From contig CBDCCZ010000034.1 of NCBI GenBank assembly GCA_965215005.1, positions 1 through 57,170 on the forward strand: a DNA stretch of 57,170 bases, read 5' to 3'. The notes below the pieces were generated by a model. The model was given only the letters and a program-made list of their open reading frames with translations. It did no database searches and had not been told where the DNA came from. The position numbers and the translations under genes are program-made. The DNA comes from Kofleriaceae bacterium (GTDB taxonomy: Bacteria; Myxococcota_A; Polyangia; Haliangiales; Haliangiaceae). How positions within the stretch are numbered: the first letter of the stretch is position 1; each line of letters opens with the position of its first letter. Below, piece after piece: positions 19,959 through 29,609 of this stretch.

Positions 19959-21563
19959 ATGAATATGCGCAGCTCCGTGTGGTTCGCGGTGCTCCTAGCA
20001 GCTATCTTCGGCACCGGCTTCGCCACCGGTTGTGCGGGTAGCCGTGCCGGCAAGGCGGAGACTGGAAAGGCGGGTAACAGCCTCGAGCTCGATGTCCAAG
20101 AGCCTTGGGCTGATCCAGCCGCGGGGTGGCAGCGAACCGCTCATCCCTACGCGGCCAATGCCGACCCACGGGTCAATCCCGACGCACCGGCCATCGTTAT
20201 TCGCAACGCTACGATCCTAACGGCGACTGGGCAGCGGTTCGACGGCGGGGCCATCATGATGGAAGGCGGCTCCATAAAGTACGTCGGAAAGGACGCACCA
20301 GCGATGCCCGCCGGCGCCACTGTCATCGATGCGACAGGCAAGTTCGTTACGCCAGGCATCATCGATGCGCACTCACATATTGGCGTTTACTCGGTGCCTA
20401 AGGCGTCTGCTCAACAAGACGGCAATGAGATGGTTGCACCGGTGACCGCGCAGGCGCGGGCCGAATATGGCTATTTCTCTCAAGACCCGTCGATCACGCG
20501 AGCGACGGCCGGAGGTGTGACGTCGGCGTTGATCCTGCCGGGCTCGGCAAACATGGTGGGAGGCCGTGCGGTGGTCGTTCAGATGATTCCGGGCCGCTCG
20601 ATGGACGAGGTGGTGTTTCCAGGGGCACCGCCCAGCGTCAAGATGGCGTGCGGCGAGAACCCCAAGCGAGTGTATGGTGAAAAAGGCGGTCCGCAGACCC
20701 GCATGGGCCTCTACGCGGCCTTCCGCGACGCCTTTCAGAAAGCGGCGGAATACGATGTGCAGTGGCGAGAGTACCGTCGGTCCTACGCGCTCTGGCAGAA
20801 GAAGCGCGCCCGAGCTGCCGAGCTAGAGGCTGCGGCTGCCGCGGCAGGAAAGAAGAACGCCCGGGTCGCGGCGGAGGTTGCGCCGACCATGCCCGCTTTC
20901 GACGCGGGTCTCGATACCCTCGCGGCCATTCTTCACGGCAAGGTGCTGGTGCAGATCCACTGCTATCGGGCTGGAGAGTTGCGGGAGATGGTCCGCCTAT
21001 CGCAGGAATTTGGCTTTCCGATACGATCGTTTCACCACGCGCTCGAAGCCTATAAAGTGCGGGACCTTCTGATTGCAAACGACATCGCGATCAACACCTG
21101 GGCGGACTGGTGGGGCTTCAAGATGGAGGCCTTCGATGGCATCCCACAGAATGCGGCGTTATTTGCCGAATCCGGCGGACGTAGCGTGATCCATTCGGAT
21201 TCCGAAATCGGCATTCAGCGTCTCAATCAAGAAGCGGCCAAGGCGATGTGGGCGGGCCGACACGCGGGCATCGACATCAGCGAGGATCAGGCGCTGCGAT
21301 GGATCACTCTGAACCCGGCGTGGGTCGCGGGCATCGATGCGGTGACCGGCAGTCTCGAGGTGGGCAAGCGCGCTGACGTCGTCATTTGGGACCGCGATCC
21401 GTTTAGCGTTTATGCGCGTGCTGAAAACGTGTTCGTTGGCGGCGAGCTGGCATTCGACCGCGAAGCGGGGCTCGCGCCGACCGACTTCGAGCTGGGAAAC
21501 TCGGCGTTGCCGCTCACGAAGCCAGAAACCACCCAACCAACTGACGCAGGAGCAACTCGATGA
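19959..21563 (+). CDS. Amidohydrolase family lipoprotein (metal ligands intact)
   Basis: Motifs TPGIIDAHSH, KMACGENPKR, HCY, FHH, HSDS and GSLEVGKRADVVIW. Confidence 0.9.
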   Translation: MNMRSSVWFAVLLAAIFGTGFATGCAGSRAGKAETGKAGNSLELDVQEPWADPAAGWQRTAHPYAANADPRVNPDAPAIVIRNATILTATGQRFDGGAIMMEGGSIKYVGKDAPAMPAGATVIDATGKFVTPGIIDAHSHIGVYSVPKASAQQDGNEMVAPVTAQARAEYGYFSQDPSITRATAGGVTSALILPGSANMVGGRAVVVQMIPGRSMDEVVFPGAPPSVKMACGENPKRVYGEKGGPQTRMGLYAAFRDAFQKAAEYDVQWREYRRSYALWQKKRARAAELEAAAAAAGKKNARVAAEVAPTMPAFDAGLDTLAAILHGKVLVQIHCYRAGELREMVRLSQEFGFPIRSFHHALEAYKVRDLLIANDIAINTWADWWGFKMEAFDGIPQNAALFAESGGRSVIHSDSEIGIQRLNQEAAKAMWAGRHAGIDISEDQALRWITLNPAWVAGIDAVTGSLEVGKRADVVIWDRDPFSVYARAENVFVGGELAFDREAGLAPTDFELGNSALPLTKPETTQPTDAGATR

Positions 21564-22822
21564 ATGGCCGATGGAAGATGTCGTGGCTGCTCGTAGCTTG
21601 CGGAATCGCTGTCTCGGTGCCGGCTATCGCTGAGGAGGTCGCCATCGTTGGCGCCACGGTACACGTCGCGCCTGGGACAGTGATCGAGGGCGCCACGGTA
21701 CTGATTCGCAACGGACGAATCGCCGCGGTGGGCAAAGCAGTCGCGGTGCCCGCCAAGGCGCGGCGCGTCGACGCCGCGGGTCGCGTGGTGACCGCGGGGT
21801 TCATCGATGCGGCAACTCGCATTGGACTGGTCGAGATAGAGTCGGAGGCTACGACCCGAGAAGGGCAATTTGCGCCCGCTCGCGACGACGATGTCCACGC
21901 GGCCTATCGGGTCACGGAGGGCTACAACGCCAGCTCTGTGGCGATCCCCGTTGCTCGAGTAGAAGGAGTTACCTCGGTGTTGGCGGTGCCGGTGGGCGGG
22001 TTGATCGCTGGAGCGGCTGCTTGGATGTCGCTTGCGGAACCGCAGGCAGCTTCGCAGGTGGTTCGGGCACCCGCGACCATGATTGCCAGCGTGCGCATGG
22101 GAGCGGATGAGGAAGCGGGCAGCAATCACGGCGCGGCGTTCGCGCGCTTGCGAGAGCTCTTCGACGACGTGGCGCAGTACCAGCGCAATCGCGCCGCGTT
22201 CAACCGAAACCAAAGCCGTCCGATGGCGGCGGGCCGGCTCGACCTCGAGGCGCTGGTGCCGGTGCTTCGCCGACAGGTGCCGCTGATGGTGTATGCGCAT
22301 CGGCGATCAGACATCGCGGCAGCGATTGGGCTGAGCACCGAGCTCGGGCTGCGGCTCGTGGTCGCCGGCGCGGCCGAGGCGTGGATGCTCGCCGATGAGC
22401 TTGCGCGCGCTAACGTGGCCGTGATTCTGGATCCCAGTGCCAACTTGCCGAGCTCATTCGAACGTATTTACGCGCGTTCGGACACGGCCAAGATTCTGGC
22501 CGACGCCGGAGTCGAGGTCATCATTTCGACTCTGGGCGAAGCATCGAACGTGCGAACCCTGCGACAGATGGCGGGCTTGGCGGCGCGCGACGGCATGACG
22601 TTTGCGCAAGCCTTGGCCGCGGTGACAGAGACGCCCGCGGCAGTCTTGGGAGTGCCCGGTCGCGGCACTCTAACGGTGGGCTCGCCCGCGGATGTCGTGG
22701 TGTGGAGCGGCGATCCGTTTGAGCTTGCGACGCGTGCCGAGCACGTCTTCATCGATGGAGTGCCGCAGTCGCTCGTTAGCCGCCAGACCTTGCTCTTTGA
22801 GCGCTATCGCTCCTTGCGCTGA
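21560..22822 (+). CDS. Amidohydrolase family protein, second subunit-like (metal ligands degenerate)
   Basis: Motifs TAGFIDAATR and GTLTVGSPADVVVWSGDP. ATGA overlap with the previous gene. Confidence 0.88.
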   Translation: MNGRWKMSWLLVACGIAVSVPAIAEEVAIVGATVHVAPGTVIEGATVLIRNGRIAAVGKAVAVPAKARRVDAAGRVVTAGFIDAATRIGLVEIESEATTREGQFAPARDDDVHAAYRVTEGYNASSVAIPVARVEGVTSVLAVPVGGLIAGAAAWMSLAEPQAASQVVRAPATMIASVRMGADEEAGSNHGAAFARLRELFDDVAQYQRNRAAFNRNQSRPMAAGRLDLEALVPVLRRQVPLMVYAHRRSDIAAAIGLSTELGLRLVVAGAAEAWMLADELARANVAVILDPSANLPSSFERIYARSDTAKILADAGVEVIISTLGEASNVRTLRQMAGLAARDGMTFAQALAAVTETPAAVLGVPGRGTLTVGSPADVVVWSGDPFELATRAEHVFIDGVPQSLVSRQTLLFERYRSLR

Positions 22823-22918
22823 CCCGCCAGCGCGGCAACCGCGGAGCTTCGGCGCCCCTGCCCGCGACGCCAGCGGCCGTGTATCCTGCTCATGCGGCGC
22901 TAGCGCCGCGAGCTTGCC

Positions 22919-24691
22919 GTGTCTTCGCCGCCAACCGATATCGACTCGCTTTCCGACGAGACTTCCGACGAAGTCTCCGAGACGATTGAAGGCGCGACCG
23001 CTGTGGCGGCGCCGGCGGCAGTACGCCGCAAGCGCCTCTCCGGCGACACGGCTGCCACTGGCCAAACCTCGCAGGTCTTGCCAGCGGCACGCCTGGGCGA
23101 CAGCAATCAAGCCACCGCCTCTGCGATGGGAGCGGCACCGGTGGAAGCATTGCGTCGCGAAGAGGTTGCGCGCACCCGCATCTTTTTGCGCGTCGTGCTC
23201 GTGATCATCGCGGTGTTCGCACCGGCGGTGCTGCTCATGGAGGGGCCGCTGCTGGGCGAGTCGCTGCTCGCGGCGGTGAGCCTAGTGCTCGCACTGGTGA
23301 CCGCGCGAACGCTGATCATCCTGCGCGACCCGCAGCGACACCGTCCGTTTCACCTAACCTACATTGGTTACCTGCTCACTCTCGGCGCGTTCGTTGGCGT
23401 CTACCATGTGGGAGCGTTCTCGCCGGCGCCGGCGCTTGTGCTGCTCAGCATCTATTTCTTTAGCTTGGGCGGCAGCACCGCCACCACACTAGGCCTCTAT
23501 CTCACCTGTGTCGTCGCGCAGGCAGCCTTGGCCGGGCTCACACTCCTCGGTGTGCTTCCGGGTCCGCCGCTGATGGATCATGGTGCGCTGAGCGTGCGCG
23601 ATGCGGTGATTGTGCAGCTCCTGGTGCAGCTTCTCTATTCATGTGCCTATGTCATTGGCCGAGCGTCTCGCCGCGCAACCGCCGAGGCCGTGGCCGAGCT
23701 CGAGCGCGCAGTGCGGGCGGTGGCGCAGCGGGAAGCGCAGCTGCACGAGGCTCGTCAGGATCTTGATCGTGCGCTCGCCGCGGGCGGCTTTGGACGCTAC
23801 TCCGATGCCCAAATCGGCTCGTTTCAGCTCGGCGCGCTCATTGGGCGCGGCGGCATGGGCGAGGTCTACGAAGCGGTTCATTTGCAAAGCGCCGAACGCG
23901 CCGCCGTGAAGCTGCTCTACCCACACGTGCTCGCCAATCCCGATCATCTCGCTCGATTTCGCCGCGAGCTGGAAGCGGTGAGCTCGCTCGATTCTCCTAA
24001 CGTGGTGCGCGTGCTCGAGGTCGGCAGCGAGCACGAGTTGCCCTATCTGGCCATGGAGCTCCTCGAGGGCCACGACCTGGCGCACGTGCTGCGCCGACGG
24101 CGGCGGTTATCACCGGCGCGAGCGATTGCGCTGGCCGAGCAGATTGGCGCCGGGCTGGCAGCAGCCCGCGCGGCAGGCATCGTTCATCGCGACATCAAGC
24201 CGCAGAACTTGTTCTTGGCGCGCGAGGGCAACGGCGCCTCGAGCTGGAAGATCCTCGACTTTGGCGTCTCCAAGCTCGCGGGCGCCGCCGGAACGCTCAC
24301 TCGCGGTCACGTGGTGGGCACGCCAGGATATATGGCACCCGAGCAAGCCCGCGGCGAGGTGGTGGATTATCGCGCCGACCTCTATGCACTTGCCGCGATC
24401 CTCTACCGCGCTCTCACGGGACATCCGCCGTTCTCGAATCGCGACGTACCGACCACGCTTTACGACGTGGTGTACAAGATGCCGGCGCGGCCTTCGTCGT
24501 TGGCGCCGCTGTCCGAGCAGCTCGATTATGTCTTGGCGATTGGGCTCGCCAAGCGTGTCGATGATCGCTTTGGCAGCAGCTCGGAATTGACCGAAGCTCT
24601 CGCCAGTGCCGCTCGAGACGAGCTGAGCGAGCAGCACGCGTTGCATGCGCGCGATCTGTTGCGTCGCCACGGCTGGGGCGAGTCCAAGTAG
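22919..24691 (+). CDS. Ser/Thr protein kinase with N-terminal multi-pass membrane region
   Basis: Motifs GRGGMGEVY, AVK, HRDIKPQN, DFG and GTPGYMAPE. About 6 hydrophobic segments N-terminally. Confidence 0.92.
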   Translation: MSSPPTDIDSLSDETSDEVSETIEGATAVAAPAAVRRKRLSGDTAATGQTSQVLPAARLGDSNQATASAMGAAPVEALRREEVARTRIFLRVVLVIIAVFAPAVLLMEGPLLGESLLAAVSLVLALVTARTLIILRDPQRHRPFHLTYIGYLLTLGAFVGVYHVGAFSPAPALVLLSIYFFSLGGSTATTLGLYLTCVVAQAALAGLTLLGVLPGPPLMDHGALSVRDAVIVQLLVQLLYSCAYVIGRASRRATAEAVAELERAVRAVAQREAQLHEARQDLDRALAAGGFGRYSDAQIGSFQLGALIGRGGMGEVYEAVHLQSAERAAVKLLYPHVLANPDHLARFRRELEAVSSLDSPNVVRVLEVGSEHELPYLAMELLEGHDLAHVLRRRRRLSPARAIALAEQIGAGLAAARAAGIVHRDIKPQNLFLAREGNGASSWKILDFGVSKLAGAAGTLTRGHVVGTPGYMAPEQARGEVVDYRADLYALAAILYRALTGHPPFSNRDVPTTLYDVVYKMPARPSSLAPLSEQLDYVLAIGLAKRVDDRFGSSSELTEALASAARDELSEQHALHARDLLRRHGWGESK

Positions 24692-24692
24692 C

Positions 24693-25169
24693 TCAGGCGG
24701 CGCGAGACTCGCTAGAGCTAGAAAACTCGTCTTCGGGTTCGCCACTTAGGGCCAATTGCTCGGCTTTGGCGCGCTTGGGCGGCCGACCACGACGCTTCTT
24801 TGGCGGCGCCGGCACCGCGGGCGTCAGCGATAGCGAGGCTAGAATTTCGGCTAGTGCGTCATTGCCTTCGGCGAACACGCGGGCGTAGGCCAGACCGCGC
24901 TCCGCATGATTCACTAGCCGCTGCTGCGCATCATCGAGAGCCGCGCGCGCGCCTTCCAGTGTCGCTCGAGCTTGGGCGACAGCGACGGCGCGCTCGCGTA
25001 CCCGTTCGATCTCGGCGGTGAGGCTGTCTGCGCTCACGTCGGGGAAGCCGACGCCGGCGAGCTCCTCGGCAAAAATGCGTTGCAGGCTGCGAACGGCAGC
25101 GGGAACGACCTCGCTGCCGGCGGCTTCATGAGATTCCATAGCGACCGTAGAAATGACTTGAGTGCTCAT
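24693..25169 (-). CDS. Uncharacterised protein with coiled-coil and C-terminal AT-hook-like motif
   Basis: RBS AAGGAG before ATG25169. KKRRGRPPKRAK is followed by an acidic/Ser tail. Confidence 0.8.
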   Translation of the reverse strand: MSTQVISTVAMESHEAAGSEVVPAAVRSLQRIFAEELAGVGFPDVSADSLTAEIERVRERAVAVAQARATLEGARAALDDAQQRLVNHAERGLAYARVFAEGNDALAEILASLSLTPAVPAPPKKRRGRPPKRAKAEQLALSGEPEDEFSSSSESRAA

Positions 25170-25181
25170 GCAGATCTCCTT

Positions 25182-25198
25182 GCTGAACAGATGATCAG
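25182..25198 (-). promoter_or_regulatory. Myxococcus-type LexA (SOS) box
   Basis: CTGATCATCTGTTCAGC matches 16/17 positions of CTRHAMRYBYGTTCAGS and lies directly upstream of the RBS. Confidence 0.7.
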
Positions 25199-25224
25199 CA
25201 TGTGACATGACGGAGCGACTCGGG

Positions 25225-27228
25225 TCAAGTTCGTGTCGCGACCTCGTTGCCGCTCGTCAATAGGCGACTGGCCTCGAGGACCTGCTCGTGTGCGCCGACG
25301 AGATAGATGCAGTCGCCATCCTCGAACGATCGCGCTGGATCGATCTGCACGATCCCTGCTGCTTTTGGCTTCACGGCAACCGCCAAGGCGCCGGTTCGCT
25401 GGCGTAGCTCGAGCTCCACCGCTGCCTTGCCGATGCCAAAGTCGCCGGCGCGCAAGAGCACCTTATCGATCTCCAGGTCGTCGAGCTCGCTCACTTGTCC
25501 GAGCCGCTTGCGTGGCATCCACTCTTGCCGGGCTGAGGCTTGCGTGCTCGCGCGGGCCTCGCGCAGCTGCTCGTCGATGAGGTTTCGCGGCACGTCGAAG
25601 CCGCGGAGGACTCGAGCGAGCATCTCCACTCCGGCCTCGACCTCTTCGTACACTACGTCGGTGGCACCGCGCTCGAGCAACAACTTACCGCTAGCCAGAT
25701 AGCGGCTGCGCAATAGAATCGGCAGCTCGGGCGCGCTGCGACGGATGGTGGCGACGGCGCGCTCAGCCGCGTCGCGGTCATTGATCAGCAGCACCGCCGC
25801 GCGCGCTGTCTCGATGTTGGCGTGGTGCAGCGCTTCCTCGCTGGTGACATCGCCGTAGTAGATGGGCTTGCCGTCGCGAGCAGCGCGTCGCACGACCTCG
25901 GCATTGAGCTCGATGATGAGGTAGGGGATGTCGAGCTTGGCGAGTGCCTCGGCGAGCAGCCGACCCGCGACGCCATAGCCTACGACTAAGACGTGACTGG
26001 CGAGTACCCGATGCTCGGGCTTGCACTCGTCGATGCCGCGGACGCCAAGGAGCCTCTCGAGGGGGCGCAGCAGGCGAGCTCCAGCGCTCACGTGAGGAGC
26101 CATGCGCACCAGCACGGGAGTCAAGAACATGCTCACGATGCCCGCAGAAAGCAGCGCACGGACCTCCTGCACCTCGATGACGCCGGCCGCGTCAGCGACA
26201 CCGACGAGAATGAAGCCGAACTCGCCAAACTGCGCGAGGCCAACACCGGCCAGGAACGCGACCCGGGCGGGAAACCGCATCGCCATGGCGGCAAGTGACG
26301 CTAGCAGTCCTTTGCCGAGCACGAAGGCGCTGAGGAGCAGTGCCACCGTCACCGGGCTCTCGGTGACGACGCCGCCATCGAAGAGCATCCCGAGCGAAAC
26401 GAAGAAGACGCTCATGAACACGTCGCGGAGCGGCAAGATGTCGCCCATCGCGCGCGAGCCGTACTCGGTGCCGGCAACGACCATGCCGCCGAGGAACGCT
26501 CCGAGCGCCAGCGAAAGGCCCGCAAGCGAGGTGAGCCACGCGGTGCCGATGCAGACGCTGAGCACCGCCAACAGAAAGACCTCGCGGCTCTTGGTGCGAT
26601 CGACCCAGCCAAAGATTGGCGGCACGATCCGGCGAGACAGCACCAGCACGAGCGCCACCACGAGGGCGGCTTTTCCGAGCGCGAAGAGCACCGGCAACGC
26701 GCCACCGCCGCTGCCGCCGAGGAGCGGAATGACCAGCATCATCGGCACGACCGACAAGTCTTGGAAGATCAGCACACCGACGACGAAGCGGCCATGAGGA
26801 GCGTCGAGCTCCCCGCGTTCCGCCAACCCTCGCAGAACGATCGCCGTGCTCGATAGCGACACGACGAAGCCATAGACGAGCGCTTCGCCCAGCGGCGTGT
26901 CGAAGAGCATCGCGAGCGCAACCGTCGCCGCGGAGGTGAGCCCAACCTGCAGCGCTCCGCCGATCATCACCAAGCCGGCAATCCGCGCCAGCCGCTCGAG
27001 CGAGAACTCGAGGCCAATCGTGAAGAGGAGCAGAATGACGCCGACCTCGGCAAGGATCTCGATCGAGTGTGCAGACTCGACCAAACCAAAACCATTCGGA
27101 CCCATCAGCGCACCGGCAGCCAGCAGACCCGCCGCCGTTGGCAGTCGCAACGCCGAGAGCACCACCGCGACCAGCATGCCCACCGCGATGACGACAGTGA
27201 GCTCGTCGAGCATTGGGATGTGCCCCAT
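25225..27228 (-). CDS. CPA2/Kef-type cation:proton antiporter with TrkA-N and TrkA-C domains
   Basis: Motifs LAEVGVILLLFTIGLEFS, LSSTAIV, IFQD, LAQFGEFGF, VVGYGVAG and YYGD. Confidence 0.93.
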   Translation of the reverse strand: MGHIPMLDELTVVIAVGMLVAVVLSALRLPTAAGLLAAGALMGPNGFGLVESAHSIEILAEVGVILLLFTIGLEFSLERLARIAGLVMIGGALQVGLTSAATVALAMLFDTPLGEALVYGFVVSLSSTAIVLRGLAERGELDAPHGRFVVGVLIFQDLSVVPMMLVIPLLGGSGGGALPVLFALGKAALVVALVLVLSRRIVPPIFGWVDRTKSREVFLLAVLSVCIGTAWLTSLAGLSLALGAFLGGMVVAGTEYGSRAMGDILPLRDVFMSVFFVSLGMLFDGGVVTESPVTVALLLSAFVLGKGLLASLAAMAMRFPARVAFLAGVGLAQFGEFGFILVGVADAAGVIEVQEVRALLSAGIVSMFLTPVLVRMAPHVSAGARLLRPLERLLGVRGIDECKPEHRVLASHVLVVGYGVAGRLLAEALAKLDIPYLIIELNAEVVRRAARDGKPIYYGDVTSEEALHHANIETARAAVLLINDRDAAERAVATIRRSAPELPILLRSRYLASGKLLLERGATDVVYEEVEAGVEMLARVLRGFDVPRNLIDEQLREARASTQASARQEWMPRKRLGQVSELDDLEIDKVLLRAGDFGIGKAAVELELRQRTGALAVAVKPKAAGIVQIDPARSFEDGDCIYLVGAHEQVLEASRLLTSGNEVATRT

Positions 27229-27250
27229 GTGGGGAACGTATCACGCGGGC

Positions 27251-28840
27251 TCAGATGCCGAAGAAGCCGCGAATCTTGCCGAGGAGATGGATCTTGTCGG
27301 ATTGCGTTTGCACGTGGGTGCGCGCCGCGTCGGCGTCGCGACGAACCGAGTCGATTTGCCGGTCCCGCCGCGCCAGCGCCTCTGCAAGCTGCTCCGCAAG
27401 CTCCGGTTGCCGCCGCAGCACCTGCTCGAGCGGCTCTTTCGCGAGCAGGTAACACTGCACGTCGGTGAGCGCGACCGTGGTGGCGGTGCGTGCCTCACCG
27501 GTGATCAGTGAACGTTCGCCGAAAAACGAGCCAGCTTCGAGCGTTGCGAGTTGGTGAACGACTCCGTCGACTTCGACACGAATGGCAACGGTGCCGTGAG
27601 CGATTAGGAACAGCTCGTGGCCGCGGTCTCCTTGGCGAGTGAGTGTTTCGCCGGCGGAGTAGGGGGCAAATCGCATGGCGGCCGCCAGCTCATCGACGCA
27701 TTCGTCGTCGAGGCCGTGAAATAGCTCGACGCTGCGCAGAGCCTCCTGCCGCTGCCGGCGCCGCGTCGCGAGCTGGCGTTGCTGACGCTCTTCGTCCTCA
27801 TTGGTCACGTAGAGCGCCTGGACCGGGACGCCCATGGGGATCTCGGCGCGCTCGAGCGCGTAATGGATTCGAATGCGAACGGCCGAATCGATGGCCTCTA
27901 GCCGCGAGATATCGGCTAGCCAATATCTCACGTTATACGTGTTGTAGCTCTGCAACATGTCGCTGAGCACGCAGTCGGGCTGCGGCTCGCTGGCCATGCC
28001 CACGATGCTCGCACCGCGCAACGCGCCGGTGATGGTTGCGATCACCTCGCCGGGGCGGTGGCGGTAGTCGACATTGAACGTCATCGCGCGGCGCAGCTGC
28101 ACGGGCGCCAGCTGCCGGCGACCCAACACGCTGATCTCAGATTTTGCCAGCAGGCTGTTAGGAATGACGACGGTCTGCCAGTCGCGGGTTTCGATGGAGG
28201 TTTGCCGCCAGCGAATCTCGGTGATGCGCCCGCTGCGGCCGCCAAACTCGATCCATTCGCCGGGTTGAATCGATTTGTCCATCTGCAGGGCCAGACCGCC
28301 CATCAAGTTGCCAAGCGTATCCTGCAGTGAGAAACCAATGACGGCGGTGAGAACAGCGGAGGTGGCGATGAGGCCGGAGAGGTTCACGCCGCGCATCGAA
28401 AGCAGCAAGATTGCCGCGAAGACGTAGGCTGCGCCGGCGAGAACGTCGATCAAGATCCGCGGGGTGTCGATCTTCAAAAGCCGGAGCAGGCCATCGAACG
28501 TGAGGGTGAGCGCGATGTTGATCGCTGCTAGCACCGCCATCGCAACCGATATAATGCGTAGATTCTGATATTGCGCCTCGGTGCCCCAGGCGGACAACGC
28601 TCCTAATAAGGGCAGCGAGACTAAGTGCAGCGCGACCAGTACGGTCGTACCGCGAAAGCCCGCACGCACATCCCTGAGGCGGGCTGCGCGGCGGTGTACG
28701 ATGGTCGCCGCCACCAAGCCGGCGAGTAGGAACGGCGTTAGATCGAGCCAACCCTCGCGAAGGAGATTTGCGAGCCATTGGCCGCGCTCGAGATCTTGTG
28801 GCCCGCGCGGCAACACGTTCGCCAGGGTGCACTGCGCCAT
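27251..28840 (-). CDS. MscS family mechanosensitive channel with cyclic-nucleotide-binding domain
   Basis: MscS motifs IGFSLQDTLGNLMGG and VVIPNS. cNMP motif FFGERSLITGEARTATT. Confidence 0.92.
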   Translation of the reverse strand: MAQCTLANVLPRGPQDLERGQWLANLLREGWLDLTPFLLAGLVAATIVHRRAARLRDVRAGFRGTTVLVALHLVSLPLLGALSAWGTEAQYQNLRIISVAMAVLAAINIALTLTFDGLLRLLKIDTPRILIDVLAGAAYVFAAILLLSMRGVNLSGLIATSAVLTAVIGFSLQDTLGNLMGGLALQMDKSIQPGEWIEFGGRSGRITEIRWRQTSIETRDWQTVVIPNSLLAKSEISVLGRRQLAPVQLRRAMTFNVDYRHRPGEVIATITGALRGASIVGMASEPQPDCVLSDMLQSYNTYNVRYWLADISRLEAIDSAVRIRIHYALERAEIPMGVPVQALYVTNEDEERQQRQLATRRRQRQEALRSVELFHGLDDECVDELAAAMRFAPYSAGETLTRQGDRGHELFLIAHGTVAIRVEVDGVVHQLATLEAGSFFGERSLITGEARTATTVALTDVQCYLLAKEPLEQVLRRQPELAEQLAEALARRDRQIDSVRRDADAARTHVQTQSDKIHLLGKIRGFFGI

Positions 28841-28891
28841 CCCTGGCTATGGTAGCAGCATCCGTGCACCGCCACGGCGCAGCCTGCGACG

Positions 28892-29359
28892 CTAGCTCTG
28901 CGTCTTCACCAAGCGCCGCGCTACACGGCAGAGATTGTCGAGGTCGAACGGCTTGTCAAAGCAGCACGCGGCGCCAAGCTCGTCGGCTTCACCGAAGGTC
29001 TCCGGGTCGCCAAACGCGGTAATGACGACCGTAGGCACTCGACACAGCTTGGTGGCATACGCGAGTAGATCGATGCCCTCGCAGCGAGGCATGCGCACGT
29101 CGGTGATCAGCAGCGCGGGCAAATCGTCGCGCGCGCGAGCTTGCTCGAGATATTCCAGAGCTGCCTGCCCATCGGCGACGCCGACGGTGTAGAAACCATC
29201 GCCGCCAAGGACCGACTCGATCAGGTCGCGCATGTCGGGATCGTCTTCGGCGACCAGCACCAAAGGGCGGCGCTCGACGCGGGGGCCCTGATCCGCTTCC
29301 GCCACGAGCGGTGGCTCGAGCTCATCGATTGGATTTGTGTCTGGAAGTTCTTGAAGCAA
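28892..29359 (-). CDS. Single-domain response regulator
   Basis: Motifs LVAEDD, LLITDVRMP, ITAFG and DKPF. TTG start with GGAGG RBS. Confidence 0.9.
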   Translation of the reverse strand: MLQELPDTNPIDELEPPLVAEADQGPRVERRPLVLVAEDDPDMRDLIESVLGGDGFYTVGVADGQAALEYLEQARARDDLPALLITDVRMPRCEGIDLLAYATKLCRVPTVVITAFGDPETFGEADELGAACCFDKPFDLDNLCRVARRLVKTQS

Positions 29360-29609
29360 TGGATCCTCCGCTCGCGGTGAAGCCGGAAGTATTACAAGCC
29401 ATAGGCCAAAGTCGAACCGGGCTCAGCACTACGTCCATGTGACTCTTCGTGCTGACGCGCCTCGATGGGTCAGAACCGCGCATGGGAGCCTGGGCGCAGG
29501 AGCAGGGAAACAGCGGTCTTTGTCGCACGTTGTGTGCCGCGTTCGATGGGGAGAACCGCAGCAGTCGAGGCTGGAAATCTGGCTACGTGTCGCTGGTCTC
29601 GAAACGCCG

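Noticed and set aside
26192..27244. Long alternative-frame and antisense ORFs (this one, 31346-32599, 39041-39940, 43681-44604, 55528-56469 and others)
   Set aside because: These are Arg/Ala/Pro-rich shadow ORFs expected in high-GC DNA, overlapping genes with clear family motifs.
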